Of a stretch of 64,000 nucleotides of DNA, positions 9,333 through 19,528 are shown piece by piece. The stretch is from positions 5,570,345 to 5,634,344 of the forward strand of contig OZ240092.1 of NCBI GenBank assembly GCA_965197285.1, given 5' to 3'. This DNA comes from Acidobacteriota bacterium. GTDB taxonomy: Bacteria; Acidobacteriota; UBA6911; RPQK01; CBDAPI01. Under the pieces are notes generated by a model. It searched no databases, was not told the DNA's origin, and saw only the letters and a program-made list of their open reading frames with translations. Numbering within the stretch: the first letter of the stretch is position 1; each line of letters begins with the position of its first letter. The position numbers and the translations under genes are program-made.

Positions 9333-10748
9333 TCAGGCTTTGAGAAGCGCCTCAATCACTTTCCCGTGAACATCTGTTAAACGCCGCTCGATACCGTTGT
9401 GATAGTAGGTGAGCCGAGTGTGATCGAGACCCAGGATGCGAAGTACGGTGGCATAGAAATCGTAGACCGTCGTGATATCTACTGCCGCACGACGACCGAA
9501 CTCGTCGGTTTGGCCATAGCTGACCCCACCCTGCACACCGGCACCCATCATCCAGGCGGTGAAGCCGTCCGGATTGTGATCGCGTCCAGCCGTGCCCTCC
9601 TGATGCGTCGGCATACGTCCGAATTCCGTCGTCCAAAGCACCAGAGTCTCATCCATCAGCCCGCGCTGTTCGAGATCCTCGAGAAGGGCCGCCGTAGCAC
9701 CGTCGAATATCTGACAATGTCTCTCGTAGTCCTGCTTCAGGGTTTTGTGGGCGTCCCAGTTCAGAAGCCCGTCGATACCTGACGCTCGGGACCCACAATA
9801 AAGTGTGACAAAGCGAACGCCGCGCTCGATCAACCTCCTTGCCAGCAGGCAGTTCTTGGCATAGGCAGAGACGAGCCGGTTGCTGTTCCTCGTACCGTAC
9901 ATCTCGTGAACGTGGTCCGGTTCCTCTTCCAGGTTGCTCACCTCTGGAGCAGACATCTGCATTCGTGCCGCTAGCTCATAGGAATGAACCCGGGCCAGAA
10001 GCTCAGGATTGCCGGGGTGTCGAGCTGCATGTTGTTCATTCATGAAACGCTGAAAGTCTCTGGAGTGGGCCTCGGCTTGGGACGAGATTGGGGTCGGCCT
10101 GGCCAGATTGCGGATGGGTTCAATGGCGTTGAAGACGGTGGCTTGGTTCTCAGGGGGTAGAAATCCTGACGACCAGTTGGCCGGCCCGGACGGAGGAATG
10201 CCACGCACGTCGGGGATCGCCACGTAGGTCGGTAGGTTGTCGTTCTCGGACCCCAGGGCATAGCTCACCCAGCCTCCAGCACTGGGAAAGCCTTCGTTTA
10301 GGAACCCGGTATTCATCATCACGCAAGCCGGGCCATGCGTGTTGGTTTTCGACGTCATGGAATGGATGAAGGCAATTTCATCCACGTATTCGCCGATCTG
10401 AGGCAGCAATTCGGAGATCATCTTTCCGCTTTGGCCCCGGGGCTTGAAGCTCCAGGGACTCGCCATCAGATTTCCGTTCTTTCCCTGGAATGAGACCAGC
10501 CCTTCTTCGCCGGGCAGCGGCTGACCGTGGCGCTCTTGCAGCTCCGGTTTGTAGTCGAAGGTATCCATCTGCGAAACCCCACCAGGGCAGAAGATCTGGA
10601 GGACCTGTTTCGCAAGAGGTTGGAACTGGTGTTGGCTAGCTGCGTGGATCGACCGCGATCCGGCCAGTACGGAGAGAGCAATCGCGCCTAACCCTTCAGC
10701 CAGTCCTCCCATGAATTCGCGGCGGCTTAAACAGTGCTTACATAACAT
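9333..10748 (-). CDS. DUF1501 family protein (sulfatase-like fold, Tat-like N-terminus)
   Basis: SRREF N-terminus; GGVSQMDTFDYKPEL; CLLARRLIERGVRFV; WDAH; TEFGRMP; GRDHNPDGFT. Confidence 0.9.
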   Translation of the reverse strand: MLCKHCLSRREFMGGLAEGLGAIALSVLAGSRSIHAASQHQFQPLAKQVLQIFCPGGVSQMDTFDYKPELQERHGQPLPGEEGLVSFQGKNGNLMASPWSFKPRGQSGKMISELLPQIGEYVDEIAFIHSMTSKTNTHGPACVMMNTGFLNEGFPSAGGWVSYALGSENDNLPTYVAIPDVRGIPPSGPANWSSGFLPPENQATVFNAIEPIRNLARPTPISSQAEAHSRDFQRFMNEQHAARHPGNPELLARVHSYELAARMQMSAPEVSNLEEEPDHVHEMYGTRNSNRLVSAYAKNCLLARRLIERGVRFVTLYCGSRASGIDGLLNWDAHKTLKQDYERHCQIFDGATAALLEDLEQRGLMDETLVLWTTEFGRMPTHQEGTAGRDHNPDGFTAWMMGAGVQGGVSYGQTDEFGRRAAVDITTVYDFYATVLRILGLDHTRLTYYHNGIERRLTDVHGKVIEALLKA

Positions 10749-13608
10749 AAAGAAACTCGTTCAGGTTGAAAAGTGCCCGGCACAGCATGACCAAACCATG
10801 CTCTTGTACCAATCGAACTGCTCGGTCTAGCTCCTCTGCTTCGGGCGATCGATTCAAGGTCAGCTGAAAGGCTCTGGTGACCTGGTTTTCAACGTTCTCG
10901 CCTTGACTCTCTCTGCGGACCCGCTCCGCGAAAGCCCGGGCTTGATCCAATACGAACCGATTGTTCAGGAGCGCCAGAGCTTGGAGAGGAGAGGTGGTCT
11001 CAACGCGGCGAGGGGCAGGCAGAGCAGAGTCCGGACAATCATACTCACCCAGCAACTCGCCTTTGACCGATCTGGCGGACTGGTGATAGACCCCTCGTCG
11101 GTAGGTTTGGGGCCCATAGTCCTCTTGAGGTACGTAGGTGGCCACGTTGTCCACGGTATATTTATAGAGCCTGAAGCCGAGTCCTTCCATGGTGGGATCC
11201 AGCTGCCCTGAAACCGCCAGAATCGAGTCACGGATGGCTTCAGCCTCGAGCCTGCGGGGTGGAAAACGCCACAGGTACCTGGCCTCCGCATCCACTCCCT
11301 CAGCTGCCTCATCGGCGTCACTCGATTGCCGGTAGGTTGCAGTCAGCATGATCTCCTTGTGCAGGGGTTTCAACCTCCAGCCCAGGAGCTGGAGCCTGCC
11401 GGCGAGATAGTCGAGCAGAGCGGGGTGAGTAGGGCCCTGGCCACCGGCCCCAAAATCACTGGGTGTGGAGACGATACCGTTGCCGTAATGGTAGTGCCAA
11501 ACCCGGTTGGCCAGCACGCGGACGGTGAGAGCATTCCCGTCATCCGCGATCCAGCGAGCTAGTTCCAACCTCCGCTCCCCTTCCGGCGCCGACGGATCGA
11601 GCTTGAATCCCGACAGTAGATGTTCAAGTGTCGAGGGACTGGCCGGCGAGACAACCCCGGCGGGTTTCATGGGGTCACCTCGCTCGAAAAGTCGGGTTGG
11701 CTCTTCGGGTTGTTCGAATTCGCCAATGTAAGCGCGCGTCTCTTTGATTGCTGCTAAGGATTCCTGCAGCTGCGTTCTTTTGTTGAGGAGTTGCTCCCGC
11801 AGGGTTCGCTTGGATTCGGGCATGAAGGCAGCGAACAGCAGCGATTGGCGTTCCGCTTCGATCAGGGGAATCCGCCCCCTCGAATCGCCAAGTGTGAACC
11901 AGCTCTCCCCGTCCAGGGAACCCTCTAAGAGATACTCGGTCACAATGTTTTCCAGTATCTCCGGGTCATAAGCACCCACTCGATCTCGGGACCAGACAAC
12001 TCTAGTGACGCGTGCCTCCTGCTCGAGCTTGAGGGTCAGGACGCCAGCTCCGGGTTCTCCTGAGTACCAAAAGCGGTCGAACTTGCCGTCAATGGTGAGC
12101 TCGGGGTTGTAAATCTCGGGCTCCGTTTCCGACTTACGGACAGAGCTCGCTCGGATTTCCGTACCTGCGCTGGAAAGGGCAACATTGCTGCTCTCCGGTC
12201 CGGCCGTCCAAACCTCGAATTCATCAATCACCGGCGGGCGGCCCTTATTCGTAGCTAGAATCTTCAAGCGAACGAAGCGGAGCCCAACCGGCTCGAACGT
12301 CTCCTCGGTGCCGCGGGAGTGCACTGGTTTACGAAAATCCTTGAAAAACTCATCCCGGGCTCTCTCTATCAGGGGTTTTGCTTCTTCATCCAAGTTCTCG
12401 AGACGGGCCTTGGTTTCAGCCAGCGCACTCTTGAGAGTAGACTTTTTCCGCAAGACGCGGTCCCGTTTGGAGGGAGCCATCCAGATCCGATCAGCGTGCC
12501 GAACTCCCTCGAATATGGCCCTCAATTGGTAATAGTCTGTCTGGAGAATTGGATCAAACTTGTGGTCGTGACAACGGGCACAGTGGATCGTCAACCCCAA
12601 GAATCCCGAGGCGGTGGCGGTGATCATGTCGTTGAGGTCGTCGGCACGTTGTTGCAACTGACCTTCCTTGTTGTCATTACCTACGGTGTCGTGTGGACCG
12701 GCAACCAGAAAACCTGTAGCCACTTCGACGGCCGGATTTCCGACCGCTAGCTGATCCCCCGCCAGCTGTTCCAGGATCATCTGGTTGAAGGGCTTGTCTT
12801 CATTAAAGGAACGGATAACGTAATCGCGGAAGGGCCAGGCGTTGGCTCGCAGGTGGTTCTGCTCGTAACCGTCGCTCTCGCCAAAGCGAGCGACGTCGAG
12901 CCAATGTCGTCCCCATCTTTCCCCATACTGAGGCGAAGCGAGAAGGCGATCCAGCATGGCTGCGTAAGCTTCATCCCGCGTGTCATTCAAGAAGTGTTGG
13001 ACTTCCTCGGGCTTGGGCGGCAGGCCGATCAGATCGAAATAAGCCCGGCGCATCAGGATCCGGCGCTCGGCAGGAGCTCGCGGCCTCAAGCCATGCTTCG
13101 CCATCCGTTCGAAAACGAGTCGGTCGATCGGTGACTTGTTCCAGTTCTCCGGGATGCCTTGAATGGGGGCCACCCTGGCCTTAAGTGTCTGCAGTGGCGT
13201 AAAGGCCCACCACTGCGAGGCTGGAGTACGTTTCGCCTCCTGGTCCTGGCCCAGGATTGTCTCCCATTCTGCTCCTGCCTTGATCCAGTCATGCATTATT
13301 CGAAGATCTTCCGCCCCGAGTCGCGGACCTGTTAGCGGCATCAAGCCGCCCTCGACCATGGAGTAAATCAAGCTGGATTCCGGGTGTGAGGGAACCAGGG
13401 CTGGGCCCTTTGTGCCGCCCTCCAGGGCCGATTCAAGGCGGCTCAGGTCCAAGCCGGATTTCTTCGTTTTGGAATTGTGACACTCGAGGCAATTCTGCTC
13501 GAGCAGGCGCAGAGCGGGGGATTCACCGCTACCTGACCCCGCCACTTGCAGGCTCGCCATCACCCCGGCGAAACACAGGATTGCGAGTCTGCTCAACCTG
13601 ATCGTCAT
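10738..13608 (-). CDS. PSD1/planctomycete cytochrome c (PSCyt1-DUF1549-DUF1553) protein with internal discoidin/F5-8-like domain
   Basis: CLECH heme motif; YGERWGRHWLDVARFGES; CARCHDHKFDPI; RVLANRVWHYHYG; PRRLEAEAIRDSIL; TSPLQALALLN. Confidence 0.9.
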   Translation of the reverse strand: MTIRLSRLAILCFAGVMASLQVAGSGSGESPALRLLEQNCLECHNSKTKKSGLDLSRLESALEGGTKGPALVPSHPESSLIYSMVEGGLMPLTGPRLGAEDLRIMHDWIKAGAEWETILGQDQEAKRTPASQWWAFTPLQTLKARVAPIQGIPENWNKSPIDRLVFERMAKHGLRPRAPAERRILMRRAYFDLIGLPPKPEEVQHFLNDTRDEAYAAMLDRLLASPQYGERWGRHWLDVARFGESDGYEQNHLRANAWPFRDYVIRSFNEDKPFNQMILEQLAGDQLAVGNPAVEVATGFLVAGPHDTVGNDNKEGQLQQRADDLNDMITATASGFLGLTIHCARCHDHKFDPILQTDYYQLRAIFEGVRHADRIWMAPSKRDRVLRKKSTLKSALAETKARLENLDEEAKPLIERARDEFFKDFRKPVHSRGTEETFEPVGLRFVRLKILATNKGRPPVIDEFEVWTAGPESSNVALSSAGTEIRASSVRKSETEPEIYNPELTIDGKFDRFWYSGEPGAGVLTLKLEQEARVTRVVWSRDRVGAYDPEILENIVTEYLLEGSLDGESWFTLGDSRGRIPLIEAERQSLLFAAFMPESKRTLREQLLNKRTQLQESLAAIKETRAYIGEFEQPEEPTRLFERGDPMKPAGVVSPASPSTLEHLLSGFKLDPSAPEGERRLELARWIADDGNALTVRVLANRVWHYHYGNGIVSTPSDFGAGGQGPTHPALLDYLAGRLQLLGWRLKPLHKEIMLTATYRQSSDADEAAEGVDAEARYLWRFPPRRLEAEAIRDSILAVSGQLDPTMEGLGFRLYKYTVDNVATYVPQEDYGPQTYRRGVYHQSARSVKGELLGEYDCPDSALPAPRRVETTSPLQALALLNNRFVLDQARAFAERVRRESQGENVENQVTRAFQLTLNRSPEAEELDRAVRLVQEHGLVMLCRALFNLNEFLYVM

Positions 13609-13710
13609 AGCTAATTAACCGACATTCCCCATATCAACTTCGGATCCATGTTCCTCCGACCTCCCAAGCAGTTTTGACCTTGCCCTGGAACCGCAATGAG
13701 CAAAGCGAAT

Positions 13711-13742
13711 AATTTTCAATCTTCAATTTTCAATTTTTAATT
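13711..13742 (-). repeat. Heptamer tandem array (AATTTTC-type; reads TTGAAAA/TTAAAAA on the minus strand)
   Basis: aattttc aatcttc aattttc aattttt aatt, immediately downstream of the GWxTD gene stop. Confidence 0.85.
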
Positions 13743-13752
13743 GTGACTCAGG

Positions 13753-15390
13753 TCATTCCGACCCCGCCACCGGGTCTTCGACGATCTCAAACGCCTGTTT
13801 CGTCGCGATGGTCTGGCCGGAGAGGTGGTCTTCGATCTCGACATGAAGCACATACCGGGCGGGGGCCAGGTTTGACAGGGGAAGCGGCTTGGCCAGGACC
13901 AGGCGTAAATCGGAGAAGAACTGGATCGATTGGCCGGCGTCTTCGCTCCAGTACTTGAGCTGCTTCCCGCCGCGCTCGATGCGGAACAGGGCCGAGATTT
14001 CCGGCTTGCGGGTGGACTGATCGAGCGAGGCGTTGTAGACCTGCAGATAGGCACCAAAGGGTCTCGAGGCAGAGAACTGGTTACGCAGATTGGGCAGGAT
14101 CTTCAGATCGCCGATCACGAACATCTCTTCCGGCTCCGGGGAGTCCTTGAGCTGGGCAATGAAGTCGGTCAGGATCAGAGAGCTCAGCCCCAGGCTGTCA
14201 GAGGCTCGAGGCGAGGCTATGGGGGTTCGCAGGAGGCCGATGTTCTCGCTGTTGAGATCCTTAATGACGACATCGGCACGGTAGCGCATCCGGTTCTCCA
14301 GTATGAGCACTTTCTGGTAAAGGGAGCGCCACTGTAGTCTCTGCTCCAGCTCCTCGCGGCGGCAGGAGACTTCCAGATCGTGCTCGAACTCGGCCGCCAC
14401 CCGGTTGGTCAGGCTGGTGACGACCCCGTAAATGGCAATCCGCGCCACCATCCGGCCACCCTCCTGCTGGAAAGTCAGATCCTTGTTGTCAATCTCGAGA
14501 TTGAGCGGAACCAGGACCGACGTCTCATTGAGGCGGAAATAGTCGTGGCGGGTTCGAAAAGGCAGGCTGTCGTAACTAACATTCACGTCCACGAGCTGCT
14601 GCAGGTCCTTGAACATGATCTCCGGGGCGCGCTGGACCCGGACCAGAGTTTCGTATCTCGTGAACGGGTTGTCCTTGGCCCTGGTATGCATTCCCGGAAA
14701 GCGATCCCAGTTCCAGGGTGAAAAGTAGGGTCGGTCGGCCCGGCTGGCCAGGCCCAGCTCTTCGCCGATGGTCATCCCCGCGCCGCCCACGAACAGCAGA
14801 GCGTCCTTTTCCCACGGGGCTGTAGCCAGCCGGTATTCCCCGCTGCCACTGGGGTCCACGAATTCGATCTCGACATCGGGTCCAATGCCTTCAATGTGCC
14901 GGTAGCGCCAGATTTCAAAGCCGTACACGACGGTAAACCCGCCCCCCTCATGAGAAGGTCTCTGATAGTGCTCGCCCGGCTGGTGCTTTTCGATCTCCGC
15001 CGGCTGGCCGTGGATGATGTAGATCCTTCCGCGGTCCGTCTTCCAGCCGGGCACACCACTCTGAAAGCGCTCGTTGGCATAGGCCAGGCGCCGGTAGTGT
15101 TCCTCCTTGAATTCGTTTGACCCGGTCATTACATCGGGATCGCGCCGGTACCAGAACTGCTCGATGAACTGCTCCTTCTCTTCGGTCGTCTGGAGCCTCC
15201 CGAACACATCCCGTTCGTCGGGCGTGATGATGTAGGTGACGTCCTTCTCCACCCATTGCCTGAAGTAGTCCTGACTCTCTTCCCGAAGGCGATCTCGTCG
15301 AGCGGCGTTCTCTTGTTCGGTGTCCTGAGCGAGGCCGCTCATCGACAGGATCAGGACCGCCGACAGTGCCAACAGACGATTGTGGATCAC
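13753..15390 (-). CDS. GWxTD domain-containing secreted protein
   Basis: Signal peptide; FIEQFWYRRDP...EEHYRR...ANERF...PGWKTDRGRIYI.HG.P signature. Confidence 0.9.
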   Translation of the reverse strand: MIHNRLLALSAVLILSMSGLAQDTEQENAARRDRLREESQDYFRQWVEKDVTYIITPDERDVFGRLQTTEEKEQFIEQFWYRRDPDVMTGSNEFKEEHYRRLAYANERFQSGVPGWKTDRGRIYIIHGQPAEIEKHQPGEHYQRPSHEGGGFTVVYGFEIWRYRHIEGIGPDVEIEFVDPSGSGEYRLATAPWEKDALLFVGGAGMTIGEELGLASRADRPYFSPWNWDRFPGMHTRAKDNPFTRYETLVRVQRAPEIMFKDLQQLVDVNVSYDSLPFRTRHDYFRLNETSVLVPLNLEIDNKDLTFQQEGGRMVARIAIYGVVTSLTNRVAAEFEHDLEVSCRREELEQRLQWRSLYQKVLILENRMRYRADVVIKDLNSENIGLLRTPIASPRASDSLGLSSLILTDFIAQLKDSPEPEEMFVIGDLKILPNLRNQFSASRPFGAYLQVYNASLDQSTRKPEISALFRIERGGKQLKYWSEDAGQSIQFFSDLRLVLAKPLPLSNLAPARYVLHVEIEDHLSGQTIATKQAFEIVEDPVAGSE

Positions 15391-15666
15391 CGTTTGAACT
15401 CCTTCTTTCAGCGGGTCGCGGGCAACTTTCAGATTTTACACGATTTCTTTCCGATCCGGCCGCACCGGCCCGACCGGCTGAAAGAATCCGAGCGGGCTGC
15501 AGAGGAGTAGTCACCTCCAGCATTCAACTGACTGGATCCGCAGCTCTCGCATGGACACTTTATCCATTTTCTTGTACCATAGTAGTCCAATTTCTTGGAT
15601 TTCCTGCCGGGGGTGGCGGGTCGCAAGTTTTGTTTTTTCAACAGTTTCCTCCATGGTCCCTGTCCC

Positions 15667-15681
15667 TGGCACGGGAGTTGC
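15667..15681 (+). promoter_or_regulatory. Sigma54 (-24/-12) promoter of the TonB-dependent receptor
   Basis: TGGCACG-GGAG-TTGC matches the TGGCACG-N4-TTGC consensus; 68 bp before ATG 15750. Confidence 0.75.
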
Positions 15682-15749
15682 CGGATGTTCGGTGGTGATT
15701 TTTTCTTCAGCGAGTTTTGCACTTCGAAATGGGGATAAGGAGGGTAGAA

Positions 15750-18700
15750 ATGCATCGACTGACTGACAACGCTTTCATTGCACGCGGGTGGATTCTTCTG
15801 CTGGCCGCCGGACTGATTTGCGGCACGGCCTTCGCTCAAAACGCCAGCGTCTCGGGTACGGTCACCGATCCTCAGGGTGGAGTGATCCCAGGCAGTGAGG
15901 TCACGCTGACGAACGAAGCGACACAGGCGCTGCGCACAACGATCACCGATGACACGGGTCGCTATTACTTCCAGCAGGTTGCGCCGGGGAATTACGCCAT
16001 TCAGGCAGAGTTGACCGGCTTCAAGATATTCGTCGTCCGCAACGTGGCCCTGCGGGTGGACAAAGCCACCCGTCTGGATCTGCAGCTGGAACTGGGCGAG
16101 GTCACTGAGATTGTCATCGTCACGGGCGCCACGGAAACGCTCCTCAATAGGGTGGATGCAACCATTGGAAACAACATCCGGGGCGAGCAGATCGTCAAGC
16201 TTCCACTGGAGTCTCGCAACGTTGCCAATCTACTCAGTCTCCAGCCCGGTGCTGTGACGTCGGGAGAAGTTGCTGGAGCCCGGCGTGGAATGTCAAACAT
16301 TACGCTGGATGGTGTGGATATCAACGAGCAGCAAAATGGGTCGATTTCAACCCAGATTGGTCCCGATTCGACGAATTTCGGCGACCCTATCGTAGAGTCG
16401 AAGGAGCTGGCCGAGTCTGCATTCCAACCGGTCATTCGGGTGACTCCGGATTCGGTCCAGGAGTTTCGTGTCACTGTTTCCAATCCCAACGCACATCAGG
16501 GCCGAAGTTCGGGTGCTCAGGTGACACTCGTTACCCGCAGTGGAACCAATGAGTGGCATGGTTCTCTCTATGAGTTCCACCGCAACACCTCTACGACCGC
16601 CAACGATTTCTTTAATAATCGCTCCGGCGTCGAACGGCCGGCATTGATTCGCAATCTTTTTGGCGGTTCCATCGGAGGACCGATCAGTAAGGATCGGGCC
16701 CTCTTCTTCTTCAACTACGAGGGTCGAACCGATCGCAGCCAGGAGAGCGATGTCAACACGGTGCCTTTGCCCCACCTGGGACAGGGACAAGTCAAGTTCA
16801 CCAACACGGACGGCGTCCTGCAGACACTCGGTCCTGAAGAAATCGTCGCCCTTTATCCGGAGATCGGTGGTGTGAACCCGGCGGCTACAGCAGCGCTGGC
16901 AATGGCCAGTTCGGCCCTTCCTAGCAACGATGACGGAGTCGGGGATCAGGTCAACACCCGCGGCTTTCGCTTCAACGGCTCCACCCCGCTGGATTGGAAC
17001 ACGTACACGGCCAAACTCGATTTCAACCTGTCGGATTCTCAGACACTGTTTGTGCGTGGCAACTATCAGTGGGACGCGGAGGGTTTCCTGAATCGGTTCC
17101 CGGGCGCCCCCTCGCCGACGCTGTGGAGACATCCGTTTGCCACCGCGGTGGGACACACCTGGACTGCGAACCCGACCCTGGTCAACACGTTCCGGTACGG
17201 ATTCACTCGCGATGCCTTTTCCAACCAGGGCGACTCTTCGGACAATGCCTTGAGCTTCCGGTTCGTTTATCAGCCCCGGCTCTATCAGCGCACACTGAGT
17301 CGGACCACACCTGTGAACAACTTTGTGAATGATACTTCCTGGATCAGGGGCAACCACACCTTCCAGTTCGGCACCAACATCCGGTTGATTGACAATCAGC
17401 GCGCCTCCTTCGACACGGCTTTCGACTCAGGCGTAATGAATCCATCCTTTTACGCTTCCTCCGGAGCTGTGGTGGACATCGACATCGTGGGTGATGGGCA
17501 GCAGTCGGTCTATCGGAACGCGATCACCTCGGTGCTGGGTCGTTACACTCAGTACACCGGACGCTTTACCTTTGGAGCCGATGGGGCACTTCTGCCCGCC
17601 GGCACTCCCACGGATCGAGAATTCTCCACCGAAGAGTACGACCTTTACTTTGGCGACACCTGGCAAGTGACTCCGGAGCTGACGCTGAACCTGGGTATCC
17701 GATGGGGAGTGAACACGCCGGTGAGTGAGAGCAGCGGCTTTCAAGTAGCGCCCACGACTCCACTGGGAGACTATTTCGACCGAAGAGTCGCCGGGGCCCG
17801 TGCGGGGACACCCCTGAACGACCCGATCATCATCGATACGGCCGGTCCGTTTTATGGGAAGCCCGGGTTTTATGCCACGGATAAGAATAACTGGCAGCCA
17901 CGCGTGTCGGCGGCCTGGTCCCCCAGCTTTGATGACGGAGTCCTGCGCAAGCTCTTCGGAAGCGGCGGTGAGTCCGTGTTCCGAGGTGGCTTTTCAATGG
18001 GCTATGACCGGATCGGAAGCTCTCTGGCAGTTACCTTTGACCTGAACAACCAGCTGGGGTTTGTTTCCCAGTCACAGATCTCGGCCAACACTTTCAATGT
18101 GACCGACAATCCAGGGCCGCTCTTTACAGGCTTTGACCAGGACATTCGGGTTCTGCTTGAGCCGGCCGGCCTGTCTGTTCCAGATAGCCTCGTGTTCCCG
18201 CTCCAGCAACCCTCCAACGAGGAGCAGCGCATTGAGCGCTCCATGGACTCAACCCTGGGCTCCCCCGTCCACTACAACTACAGTTTCTCGTTTGGCCGCG
18301 AGCTGCCGGGCGGCTTGTTCATCGAGGCCTCTTACATCGGCCGCCGGGCACGAGATCTCCTGGCTGAACGAGATGTTTTCCAGCAGAACAATTTCGTGGA
18401 CCCGGCCTCGGGCATGGACTTTTATACCGCCGCCCTGAGACTGGCCGAGTATCGCCTGGCTGACGCGAACGTGGACACTGTAGCTCCCGTTGCCTTTTTC
18501 GAGAACCTCTTTCCCAACAGCGTCACTCCCTCGTGGTACCAGGTTGAGGGCCGCACGGCTACCCAGAATGCCTTTTCTCTGGCGTCCCGGGACGAAGGAT
18601 TTCTGGACTGGACGTTCTTCCAGACGCTCCTGGACGATATCGGGACTGTTCCCAATATGTTCTTCCATCCCCAGTATGCCGCTCTGTCCGTGTTCAGCAC

Positions 18701-19502
18701 GCTGGCCGAGTCGGACTACGACGCCCTTGCCATTACGGTCCGGGAACGCTTCGGCGATTCACTCTCAGCCGGCCTCAACTACACCTGGTCCAAGTCTCTG
18801 GACTGGTCCTCCGGAGGAGGAGGGGCCTCCCAGACAGACTATGCTTCCATTCTCAACTCGCTGACTCCCGAGGCGACACGAGGGAACTCCGATTTCGACC
18901 ACGCCCACATCATCAATACCAACTGGTTGTGGGAGCTACCTTTTGGACGTGGCCAAAGGTGGGGCGCCGGCACCTCATCGGCGGCTGACGCGGTGGTGGG
19001 TGGATGGACACTGACAGGTGTCTTTCGCTGGAACTCCGGGCGGGCCCATGATGTTCCTTTTGAGGATAGCCGCTGGGCCACCAACTGGAACGCCCCCAGC
19101 AGCGCCACGCGGATTCGTGATCCCCGGGTAGAGCCCAGCAAAAGCGGAACAAGCCCGAATTTCTGGAACGACCGACAGTACGCCTATCAGAGCTTCCGGG
19201 ATGCCTTTGCAGGAGAGGTGGGAGATCGGAATGTGTTTCGCCGGCAAGGCTTTGTCACCGTCAACTTTGGTCTCTACAAGTCCTTCACGATGCCCTATGC
19301 TGAGGGTCACGAGGTCACGTTTCGGTGGGAGGTCTTCAACGCCACCAACACCCAGCGTCTCGGTGATGCTGCCGTGACCCGGACCGAGTGGGGTACATCC
19401 GAAGACCCGCAAATCGGCCAAGCCTCGGCCACTTTCGGCAACATCACCGGTATTCAGGGCACGCCGCGGGTCATGCAGTTTGGCCTGCGCTACGACTTTT
19501 GA
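15750..19502 (+). CDS. TonB-dependent outer-membrane receptor with N-terminal carboxypeptidase-regulatory-like domain
   Basis: RBS AAGGAGG before ATG 15750; signal peptide; SVSGTVTDPQGGVIPG; VQEFRVTVSN...GRSSG; C-terminal MQFGLRYDF. Confidence 0.92.
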   Translation: MHRLTDNAFIARGWILLLAAGLICGTAFAQNASVSGTVTDPQGGVIPGSEVTLTNEATQALRTTITDDTGRYYFQQVAPGNYAIQAELTGFKIFVVRNVALRVDKATRLDLQLELGEVTEIVIVTGATETLLNRVDATIGNNIRGEQIVKLPLESRNVANLLSLQPGAVTSGEVAGARRGMSNITLDGVDINEQQNGSISTQIGPDSTNFGDPIVESKELAESAFQPVIRVTPDSVQEFRVTVSNPNAHQGRSSGAQVTLVTRSGTNEWHGSLYEFHRNTSTTANDFFNNRSGVERPALIRNLFGGSIGGPISKDRALFFFNYEGRTDRSQESDVNTVPLPHLGQGQVKFTNTDGVLQTLGPEEIVALYPEIGGVNPAATAALAMASSALPSNDDGVGDQVNTRGFRFNGSTPLDWNTYTAKLDFNLSDSQTLFVRGNYQWDAEGFLNRFPGAPSPTLWRHPFATAVGHTWTANPTLVNTFRYGFTRDAFSNQGDSSDNALSFRFVYQPRLYQRTLSRTTPVNNFVNDTSWIRGNHTFQFGTNIRLIDNQRASFDTAFDSGVMNPSFYASSGAVVDIDIVGDGQQSVYRNAITSVLGRYTQYTGRFTFGADGALLPAGTPTDREFSTEEYDLYFGDTWQVTPELTLNLGIRWGVNTPVSESSGFQVAPTTPLGDYFDRRVAGARAGTPLNDPIIIDTAGPFYGKPGFYATDKNNWQPRVSAAWSPSFDDGVLRKLFGSGGESVFRGGFSMGYDRIGSSLAVTFDLNNQLGFVSQSQISANTFNVTDNPGPLFTGFDQDIRVLLEPAGLSVPDSLVFPLQQPSNEEQRIERSMDSTLGSPVHYNYSFSFGRELPGGLFIEASYIGRRARDLLAERDVFQQNNFVDPASGMDFYTAALRLAEYRLADANVDTVAPVAFFENLFPNSVTPSWYQVEGRTATQNAFSLASRDEGFLDWTFFQTLLDDIGTVPNMFFHPQYAALSVFSTLAESDYDALAITVRERFGDSLSAGLNYTWSKSLDWSSGGGGASQTDYASILNSLTPEATRGNSDFDHAHIINTNWLWELPFGRGQRWGAGTSSAADAVVGGWTLTGVFRWNSGRAHDVPFEDSRWATNWNAPSSATRIRDPRVEPSKSGTSPNFWNDRQYAYQSFRDAFAGEVGDRNVFRRQGFVTVNFGLYKSFTMPYAEGHEVTFRWEVFNATNTQRLGDAAVTRTEWGTSEDPQIGQASATFGNITGIQGTPRVMQFGLRYDF

Positions 19503-19505
19503 AGA

Positions 19506-19528
19506 AAGGGCGGCCCCTGGCCGCCCTT
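19506..19528 (+). terminator. GC hairpin after the receptor gene (possible intrinsic terminator)
   Basis: AAGGGCGGC-ccctg-GCCGCCCTT; the U-tract is weak. Confidence 0.5.
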
